Positions 44,813 to 51,959 of a DNA stretch of 64,000 nt are shown here, piece by piece (within the stretch, counting starts at the first letter, position 1; each line of letters begins with the position of its first letter). The position numbers were made by a program, and so were the translations under genes. Under the pieces are notes generated by a model. The model made no database searches, was not told the origin of the DNA, and saw only the letters and a list, made by a program, of their open reading frames with translations. The DNA comes from Chloroflexota bacterium (lineage in GTDB: Bacteria; Chloroflexota; Anaerolineae; UBA4142): the NCBI GenBank assembly GCA_016223105.1, contig JACRPR010000036.1:1729-65728 (forward strand), read 5' to 3'.

Positions 44813-47800
44813 TCAGGTCTCGCCTACGCGCTCGCGCGTGTAACGGCGTTCCAGATCGCGCCACCGTGCTTCCGTCGTCAGCACTTCGTCCCAGCGATCC
44901 AAACGAAACAAGCAATGACTCTGAATCCCAATCGCATTCACCTGTTGATCAGTCGCTTGAATCCGCGCGGCGAGCGTTTCCGCTTCGGTCAAGTACGGCA
45001 GGGCTTGATCGTATTCGCCGAAATACATCAACGCGACGCCGACCCCGCGCAACGCGTCAATGCTTTCACGCGCGTCGTCAAAATTTCCGGCGCGACAGAG
45101 TTCCAAGCGCCGCGTCGCGACTTGCAAATGTTCGCGCAGTAAACTCCGCCCGTCGAACACATTCGCGAGCGCGCCCAATGCTTTCGACAACGCGACGCCG
45201 TCGTCGAGTTGCTCCGCCATTTGCACCGCGCGTTGCGCCAAGCGATGCGCGCTGTCCCAATCCGGCGGCGTTTGATTGCGCCACGCGTCCATCGAAAGCG
45301 CGACGAGCAATTGCACCGTTTCCGTGTGCGGCGGTTCGTTGCCATTCGTTACGATGTTTTCTTCGAGCCACGCGCGCGACTCATTGCGGATTTCGCTGAC
45401 CTGTTGATACGCCGTCGCGTCCACCGACCATTTCGCGTCGGTCGCGATTTGAACGATTTTGCGATGCAAACGCACCGCGATAATTTTATCGCTCGCGCCA
45501 TCGCGCGCGCGCGCGAGCGCTTGTTGATACAACGCGAGCGCTTGCGCGAAATCGCGCACGAGCCGATACACATCGCCCAGGTCTTCGAGCAAACCCAGTT
45601 GCAATTCAATTGCCGTTTCCGGCGCGATCAACGCGAGCGCCTTGCGTAAATTTTGAATCGCGTCGTCATACGCATACACCGCGACCGCTTGTTGCGCCGC
45701 GTGCCGCGCATACGTGATCGCCTTGTCGCGTTCGCCCGCTTGCGCGAAATGGTACGCCAGCAAACCGGCGAGTCCCTCCAAGCGATTCGGAAAAAGCATT
45801 TCCATCGCTTGACCGACGCGGCGATGAAACGCGCGGCGGCGTTTCAACAAAATCGTTTTGTAAACCGCTTCCTGGGTCAGCGGATTGCGAAACGCGTATT
45901 CGAGTTCCGGCACGCGCGCCGATTCGCGAATCATATCCAACCGAATCAACGTGCCGATGTGCTTGTCCAAATCCTGGCTCGCCTCATCCACAAGTTGCAG
46001 AACGCGCCGATAAAACGAGCGACCAATCACCGACGCGATTTGCAGTGTCGCGCGCGTTGATTCTTCGAGCCGATCCATACGCGCCGCGAGAAGCGATTGC
46101 AAATTATCTGGGATTTCAAAATCCGCGCCCGCGTTCGTCGCGCGCCAATAGCGGCGCGTGGTTCCATTCACGACGCGATCTTCGGACACGACCGCGCCGC
46201 TATCAATTAACGTTCGCACCACTTCTTCGATGAAAAATGGATTGCCGCCGGATTTTTCGAGAATGTTCGCGCGCAAACGATCCGGCAATTCGGCAACCGC
46301 GAGCAAGCGATTCAACAGTTCGTTGCTCTCCGCTTCCGAAAGCGGACGCAATGCGACTTCGGTATACCGATGCTGATACTCTTCGTCGGCAATGATTTTG
46401 ATTTGCCACGCGGGGGCTTGGCGTTCGGTTCGCAGAGCGCACAAAACGACGAGCGGAATTTCTTCGGTCAACGCGACCAGTTGCCGAAGCATCTCGACCG
46501 ACGCGGCATCGCACCAGTGCAGATCATCAAAAACCAGGACGGTCGGTTGATTCGCAAAGCGCGCGCGCATCCAATCGCGCACCGCTTCGCACAATTCGCG
46601 TTTGAACATTTCGCCGTCGAGCGGCGCATTTCCGTTTTGGCTCTCCAAGCCGAACAACGATTCGAAAAGTTGCAACGCGCGCGCGCGCCGATCCTCCGCT
46701 AAACATTCGACGAGCGCGCCGAGTTTCGCGCGCATCGCTTCGGGCGCGTCCTCCGCGCCGATGCCATTCACGCGCCGAATCAAACGCTGAATCAATCCGT
46801 ACGCCTGATTGGATTCGTACGAGAGTGTGAGCGTTTCGTGCCATTGCGCGTTCAGCCCTTCGAGACTTTTGAAAACCAGGAAGGTTTCGTGCAGTAATCG
46901 CGTCTTGCCCAAACCGGCTTCGCCCAACACACAAACGATTCGCCCCACCCCTTGTTTGAGATCGGTGATGACGCCGCGCAACGTAATCAATTCCGCATCC
47001 CGCCCCACCATCTCCGCGTGCAAACCTTCGATCCCGCGCATGCGGCTCGCGCTTTCTTTGCGCCCCAGGACGCGATACGCCGGCACAGGTTCGGTCTTGC
47101 CCTTGACCTCGATGCCGCCAAGATTTTCAAATTCAAAAAATGATTTGACCTGTTTGTGCGTATCGTGCGCGATTTGCACCGTGCCAGGCGCCGCGGTATG
47201 TTCCATCCGCGCGGCGAGATTGATCGCGTCGCCAAGCGCGAGATATTCCATGTGCATATCACTGCCGATGTTGCCAACAACGACAAGCCCGGTGTTGAGT
47301 CCGATTCGCATTTGAAAATCGGGAACGCGATTCTTGGCGCGCAGTTCGTTGCGATATTCGCCAATCTGTTTGAGGATGTCGAGCGCGGCGTTCACCGCGC
47401 GCACCGGGTCGTCCTCGTGCGTGATCGGCGCGCCGAAAAATGCAAGCACGCCGTCGCCAAGCAGTTGCGCGATCGTGCCTTCGTACCGATAGATCGCTTC
47501 GCTCACGCGGCGATGCGCGCCCGAAACAATTTCGCCCCACTCTTCGGGATCGAGTTTTTCCGCGAGCGCGGTCGAGCCAACAATGTCGCTGAACAACACG
47601 GTAACTTGTTTGCGCTCGCCGACCATATCGCCGCTCGCGCGCGCGGCGTCGAGTTTCGCGCGCAATTCTTCGGGAATGTACTGTTGCAGTTTCGATTCGG
47701 CTAAAACCGGAATCGGCGCGATCGCGATCGGCGCGCGCGGTTCGACACTGGGTTTGGGTGGCGGCGCGATCTCAACGCGCGGTAGCGCGCTGGGCGCGGT

Positions 47801-47974
47801 TTGCCAATACGCGCCGACCGAATCCACGAGACGCAGTCCGCAGTGATCGCAAAAAATCGCGGCGTCGGGTAACGCGACGTTGCAACGCGGACAGGTGTGG
47901 GCAAGCACAGCGCCACACTGTTTGCACACATTTGCTTGCTCGCGATTCGTCGTATTGCAATTTGAACAGATCAT
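44813..47974 (-). CDS. Double zinc ribbon / class III nucleotide cyclase / STAND (AAA_16-like) ATPase / TPR protein, paralogue C
   Basis: MICSNCNTTN..CKQCG..CPRCN..CDHCG; VTVLFSDIVGSTALAE, GTIAQLLGDGVLAFFG, GDAINLAARME; Walker A GEAGLGKTRL, Walker B VLVFDDLHWCD; FRNPLTQEAVY; TPR repeats. Confidence 0.88.
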   Translation of the reverse strand: MICSNCNTTNREQANVCKQCGAVLAHTCPRCNVALPDAAIFCDHCGLRLVDSVGAYWQTAPSALPRVEIAPPPKPSVEPRAPIAIAPIPVLAESKLQQYIPEELRAKLDAARASGDMVGERKQVTVLFSDIVGSTALAEKLDPEEWGEIVSGAHRRVSEAIYRYEGTIAQLLGDGVLAFFGAPITHEDDPVRAVNAALDILKQIGEYRNELRAKNRVPDFQMRIGLNTGLVVVGNIGSDMHMEYLALGDAINLAARMEHTAAPGTVQIAHDTHKQVKSFFEFENLGGIEVKGKTEPVPAYRVLGRKESASRMRGIEGLHAEMVGRDAELITLRGVITDLKQGVGRIVCVLGEAGLGKTRLLHETFLVFKSLEGLNAQWHETLTLSYESNQAYGLIQRLIRRVNGIGAEDAPEAMRAKLGALVECLAEDRRARALQLFESLFGLESQNGNAPLDGEMFKRELCEAVRDWMRARFANQPTVLVFDDLHWCDAASVEMLRQLVALTEEIPLVVLCALRTERQAPAWQIKIIADEEYQHRYTEVALRPLSEAESNELLNRLLAVAELPDRLRANILEKSGGNPFFIEEVVRTLIDSGAVVSEDRVVNGTTRRYWRATNAGADFEIPDNLQSLLAARMDRLEESTRATLQIASVIGRSFYRRVLQLVDEASQDLDKHIGTLIRLDMIRESARVPELEYAFRNPLTQEAVYKTILLKRRRAFHRRVGQAMEMLFPNRLEGLAGLLAYHFAQAGERDKAITYARHAAQQAVAVYAYDDAIQNLRKALALIAPETAIELQLGLLEDLGDVYRLVRDFAQALALYQQALARARDGASDKIIAVRLHRKIVQIATDAKWSVDATAYQQVSEIRNESRAWLEENIVTNGNEPPHTETVQLLVALSMDAWRNQTPPDWDSAHRLAQRAVQMAEQLDDGVALSKALGALANVFDGRSLLREHLQVATRRLELCRAGNFDDARESIDALRGVGVALMYFGEYDQALPYLTEAETLAARIQATDQQVNAIGIQSHCLFRLDRWDEVLTTEARWRDLERRYTRERVGET

Positions 47975-47981
47975 TCAAAAC

Positions 47982-49784
47982 TCAATTCGCATCTGCTAAA
48001 ATCATTCGGACCGCCGATTGTCCCAGGAAAGCGTCGCGCAATTCCGGCGGCGCGTGCGCCGCGATGTGCGCGACAATTTCGCGCGCTTGGTCACGCGCGG
48101 CGCGCGCGGACACAGCATCACCGCGCGCGGTTTCAACCGCGCTCAACACGGCGAGGATTTCCCACAACGAACGCCGCACACCCAGGTCGCGCGCGTCCTC
48201 GCGCGCCGCGATCAAACACGCGCGCGCGGCATCGAGATCATTCAGCGCGCGTAGCGCTTTGCCTTTGAGTAACAACACATCGAAAACAAACGGGCGCATT
48301 TTCAATTCGCGAATCCGCGCGAGGAGTCGGTCGGCAAGCGCGATGGCGCGCGCCGGCTCGCCGCGCGTGATCGCGATTTCGCCGTCCGCGAGCATCACAA
48401 AAATCGGCGAGAACCAGGTCAGGTCGTTCAGATCCAAACCGATGTACGCGCGCGCGACAATCGTTTCGGCTTGCGCGAGTTCGCCATTCAACAAATGCAA
48501 TTGCGCGAGCACACCCAAATGCCAGGATCGAAATCCAATGCTAATCGTTTGCTCGTGTGGAATGGCTTGAACAATCGCAATGCCTTGTTGGAGATCGCCG
48601 AGCAAACCAATCGCCCAACCCAACATTCCTTGCGCGACGTACATCGCGGCAATAAAACCGGATTGCTTGCCCACCTCCACGGCGTCGCGCAACGCGCGGA
48701 TGCCTTCGGTGATTTCGCCGGTTTCGAGCGCGAGATAACCCAGCGTCCAACGACTGTACGCTTGATTCCACAAATTGCCGATGGTGATGCTGATCTGATA
48801 CGCCTCGTCCGCGAACGCGCGCGCCGCCGAAAACTCGCCGAGGAAAAAACATCCTTCCGCCGAGGTCGCCAGGTTGTCGGCGAGCATCGGCAAGTTGTCG
48901 AGTTCGCGCCACAGCGCGCGCGCTTGCGTGATCGCCGCGCGACCTTCGTCCGCGCGTCCACGCGCGATATAATTGCGCGATAAATCGTGGAGCGCGTACG
49001 CCATTTGCTCGCGCGCATCAAGTTGGCGCGCGAGTGCGAGCGATTGTTCACCCAACGCGATGGCTTGATCAAAATTGCTTTGAAAATAATTGACGAGCAT
49101 CAGCGACCACAGCGTTTTCGCTTCGGCGGCCGGATCGTCCAACTCACGCGCCAACGCGAGCGCGCGCCCCAAAAGTTCTTGCGCCAATCCCAGGTCGTAG
49201 CGCGCGGTCGGCGTCGCGTGGAGTGTCGCGCGCGCCAGCAACGCGGCGAGTTCCAGCGCGCGCTGATTTTGCGCGCGCCCGCGCGTTTCCAGCTCCAGAT
49301 AATTCACGTCCGCGTCATCATAGCGCGCGCTCAACTCCAACACGCGCCCGCGTTTGAGATACACATTTTTTAACTGCGTCGCATCCTTCGACTCCGCTTC
49401 CTTCGACTTGCGCTCAGGACTCCGCTCAGGATGCGACCCGCTTTCAATCGCGCGCGCATAGTGCATTTCGGCTTCGGCGTGCGCGTACACGCGCGCCGCG
49501 ACATCGCCCGCGCGCAGAGCGTGCTCGAACGTTTTCGCGTCGTCGCCGGCTTCGCCATAATGTTGCGCGAGCAACGCGGCAAATTCGTCGAGGTGGTCGG
49601 CGACAAGTATTTCGAGCGATTGCGCGACGCGCAAATGAATCTCGCGCCGCGTCGTCCGCAAGAGCGATTGATAAATCGTCTCCTGCGTCAACGTGTGGCG
49701 AAATTGGTACGTCGCTTCAACGTCATTCAGTTGCCGTACCAGTTGCGCGCGTTCGAGTTGGGTCAATGTGGAATCGAGATACAT
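47982..49784 (-). CDS. Winged-helix-like + TPR module = C-terminal half of split paralogue B
   Basis: MYLDSTLTQLERAQLVRQL..YQFRHTLTQETIYQSLL continues exactly where 50007-51635 stops, relative to the intact paralogue. Stop lies 7 nt before the start of paralogue C. Confidence 0.75.
   Translation of the reverse strand: MYLDSTLTQLERAQLVRQLNDVEATYQFRHTLTQETIYQSLLRTTRREIHLRVAQSLEILVADHLDEFAALLAQHYGEAGDDAKTFEHALRAGDVAARVYAHAEAEMHYARAIESGSHPERSPERKSKEAESKDATQLKNVYLKRGRVLELSARYDDADVNYLELETRGRAQNQRALELAALLARATLHATPTARYDLGLAQELLGRALALARELDDPAAEAKTLWSLMLVNYFQSNFDQAIALGEQSLALARQLDAREQMAYALHDLSRNYIARGRADEGRAAITQARALWRELDNLPMLADNLATSAEGCFFLGEFSAARAFADEAYQISITIGNLWNQAYSRWTLGYLALETGEITEGIRALRDAVEVGKQSGFIAAMYVAQGMLGWAIGLLGDLQQGIAIVQAIPHEQTISIGFRSWHLGVLAQLHLLNGELAQAETIVARAYIGLDLNDLTWFSPIFVMLADGEIAITRGEPARAIALADRLLARIRELKMRPFVFDVLLLKGKALRALNDLDAARACLIAAREDARDLGVRRSLWEILAVLSAVETARGDAVSARAARDQAREIVAHIAAHAPPELRDAFLGQSAVRMILADAN
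49381..49434. repeat. Repeat family 5 inside the coding sequence of 47982-49784
   Basis: GCATCCTTCGACTCCGCTTCCTTCGACTTGCGCTCAGGACTCCGCTCAGGATGC. Encodes ..ERSPERKSKEAESKDAT.., a segment absent from paralogue D. Confidence 0.8.
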
Positions 49785-49795
49785 TTCAGATCATT

Positions 49796-49823
49796 GGTAA
49801 ATGGTAATTGCGAATTGCGAATG
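49796..49823. repeat. Heptamers GGTAAAT GGTAATT GCGAATT GCGAATG just upstream of the B C-terminal-half start
   Basis: Read directly from the sequence. Confidence 0.8.
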
Positions 49824-49869
49824 ACCGATTTTACTTCGCACAGTCACAAACTGCGGATTTGCCAGACTT

Positions 49870-49929
49870 GGATTCGACGCTTTAGCGGGTTGCTTGCCCC
49901 AGCCATCAACCGCGTAAACGCTCGACTCC
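49870..49929. repeat. Repeat family 3, inside the cassette that splits paralogue B
   Basis: GGATTCGACGCTTTAGCGGGT...ACCGCGTAAACGCTCGACTCC. Confidence 0.8.
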
Positions 49930-49958
49930 AAAAATTCCGCCCCCTGATTTTATTTCTT

Positions 49959-50010
49959 CACGCATCACGCATCACGCATCACGTTTTACGTTTTACGTTT
50001 TACGTTTCAC
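49959..50010. repeat. Tandem heptamers (CACGCAT)3 (CACGTTT)(TACGTTT)3, containing the stop of the B N-terminal half
   Basis: Read directly from the sequence. Confidence 0.9.
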
Positions 50011-51635
50011 CCCATCTGCTCCAACACTCGTTCGAGAACCTTCACTTGAAACTTGCGCCCGATCACCGCGGCGATTTGCAAAACGCGTTTCGCATCGTCC
50101 GGCAAACGATCAATGCGCGCGGTCAACACACCTTGCAAAGTGTCCGGGATTTCAATGTTTTGAATTTCGCGCGTAACGATCCACTCGCCGTTATCCGCGT
50201 GGCGCGCGATGCCGCCGCGATCAATCAACATTCGCAAAACTTCTTCGACGAAAAACGGATTGCCCTCGGCTTTGGCGAGAATCATCTTGCGTAAATTTTC
50301 CGGGAGCGCGTCAATCTCCAACAAATTGTTCACGAGTTGTTTGCTGTCCGAATCGGACAAGGGCGCGAGATGCAATTCGAGCGCGCCGACGCCGGTGATT
50401 TCGTGCGACTGCGCGATCAGTTTCCAGCCGGCGGCGTCTTTATCCGGGCGCGTGACAAACACAATCACCATCGGAACTTCGGACGCGATGGACAACACTT
50501 GCGCGCCCAGCTCGACCGAGGACGGATCCGCCCAATGCACATCTTCGCAAACAATGACGGTCGGTTGCGCGTGCGCGATAGCTTGCAAAAATTTTTTGTA
50601 GGCGGCGATGTATTTCGCTTGCAGAGCCGGACCGTCGAGATATTTGACGCGCGCCGCCATTTCCTCTTCGAGTTTCAAACCGAGCAAGTGTCCCAGGTAC
50701 GGATACACCTCTTTCATATCGCCGTCGAGTAATGCGTGCGTCGTTTGCGCGAGCGCGCGATGCGTTTCTTCTTCGGACGAACCGGCGGGCGCGTTAATCA
50801 GCGCGCGCAAAATATCGGTGCTGAGATGGTGCGCCATCGAAGACCCGTACGACAAACAGCGACCCTCGACCCAGCGAATCGGGCGTTCCGCATCCGCGAG
50901 CGCGGCTTTACGCCATTCCGCGACCAAACGCGATTTGCCCAACCCGGCTTCGCCGATAATCGCGGCAATCGAGCCGCGTCCCGCGCGCACATCCGCGATG
51001 ATTTGCAGGAGCGTCGCAAACTCGCGCGAGCGACCGACCATCGGCGAGGTCAAGCCCGCGATGCCGCGCGCGCGCACCGCGCCTTTACGTTCGCCGATCA
51101 CGCGATAAACCTGGATCGGTTCTGCTTTGCCCTTGACCGCGATTTTGCCCTTGTCTTCAAAATCAAATAAATTCGCGGCGAGCCGATGCGTGCTTTCGGA
51201 AATCAAAATCGTGTTCGCTTCCGCCGCGCTTTGCATACGCGCCGCAAGATTCACCGTGTCGCCAATCGCGAGATATTCCATATGCAAATCACTGCCGATA
51301 TTACCGACGACGACCAAGCCGGTATTCAACCCGATTCGCAGTTGAAAATTTTCGACGCGCTTTTTCGCGCGCAACTCGGATGCGTACGTTTCAATCGAAT
51401 CGAGAATCTCGCACGCCACACGAATCGCGCGTTCGGCGTCATCCTCGTGCGCGATCGGCGCGCCGAAAAACGCAAGCACGCCATCGCCAAGCAATTGCGC
51501 GATGGTGCCCTCATAGCGATAGACCGCTTCGCTCACGCACCGATGCGCGCCCGACACAATTTCGCGCCAATCTTCCGGGTCCATCTGTTCCGCGAGCGCG
51601 GTCGAGCCAACAATGTCGGTGAAGAGCGCGGTCAC
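50007..51635 (-). CDS. Class III cyclase + STAND ATPase module = N-terminal half of split paralogue B (track start is GTG inside the ancestral gene)
   Basis: ALFTDIVGSTALAE, GTIAQLLGDGVLAFFG, GDTVNLAARMQS; Walker A GEAGLGKSRL; VIVCEDVHWAD. Ends ..KVLERVLEQMG with its stop inside a heptamer array. Confidence 0.75.
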   Translation of the reverse strand: MTALFTDIVGSTALAEQMDPEDWREIVSGAHRCVSEAVYRYEGTIAQLLGDGVLAFFGAPIAHEDDAERAIRVACEILDSIETYASELRAKKRVENFQLRIGLNTGLVVVGNIGSDLHMEYLAIGDTVNLAARMQSAAEANTILISESTHRLAANLFDFEDKGKIAVKGKAEPIQVYRVIGERKGAVRARGIAGLTSPMVGRSREFATLLQIIADVRAGRGSIAAIIGEAGLGKSRLVAEWRKAALADAERPIRWVEGRCLSYGSSMAHHLSTDILRALINAPAGSSEEETHRALAQTTHALLDGDMKEVYPYLGHLLGLKLEEEMAARVKYLDGPALQAKYIAAYKKFLQAIAHAQPTVIVCEDVHWADPSSVELGAQVLSIASEVPMVIVFVTRPDKDAAGWKLIAQSHEITGVGALELHLAPLSDSDSKQLVNNLLEIDALPENLRKMILAKAEGNPFFVEEVLRMLIDRGGIARHADNGEWIVTREIQNIEIPDTLQGVLTARIDRLPDDAKRVLQIAAVIGRKFQVKVLERVLEQMG

Positions 51636-51908
51636 GAGTTTGCGTTCGCCTTCCGCGCGTTCGCGCGCCGCAAGAATTTTGTTCGCGACATTTTGCGGCG
51701 CGGTCTTGCGAAGCGCGTCGAGCGAATCGCTCCGCGTCGCCGCGCTCGGCGCGCCGCCCGCAAGATTGAATCCACAGTTCTTGCAAAATTTCGCGTTCGC
51801 CGAAATCGCGTTGCCGCAATTCGGACACGCGCGCGCAAACGCTTGACCGCAGTTCTCGCAGAATTTTGCGTCGGCGGAATTTTCAAAGGCGCAATTCGGA
51901 CACTACAT
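51636..51908 (-). pseudogene. Double zinc-ribbon coding segment of paralogue B, in frame with the cyclase but with TAG as codon 2
   Basis: Minus strand: GGAG-N7-ATG TAG TGT CCG AAT TGC..., i.e. M*CPNCAFENSADAKFCENCGQAFARACPNCGNAISANAKFCKNCGFNL.... About 90 codons with no further stop and no ATG/GTG/TTG before 51635. Confidence 0.75.
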
Positions 51909-51920
51909 TGAATACTCCAA

Positions 51921-51959
51921 ATTACGTAATACGTGTTGTGTATTGCGTATTACGTTTTA
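51921..51959. repeat. Heptamer-type array TACGTAA TACGTGT TGTGTAT TGCGTAT TACGTTT between paralogues A and B
   Basis: Read directly from the sequence. Includes the stop of A. Confidence 0.75.

Noticed and set aside
44672-44815. Whether TGA is reassigned genome-wide (code 4 or 25) or encodes selenocysteine in paralogue C
   Set aside because: TGA is a clean stop for several well-delimited genes here (5324-5326, 12435-12437, 22125-22127, 47982-47984, 50007-50009), so global reassignment is excluded. Selenocysteine twice in a TPR tail is biologically implausible, and the downstream hairpins are short. I keep this only as a remote option in the finding.
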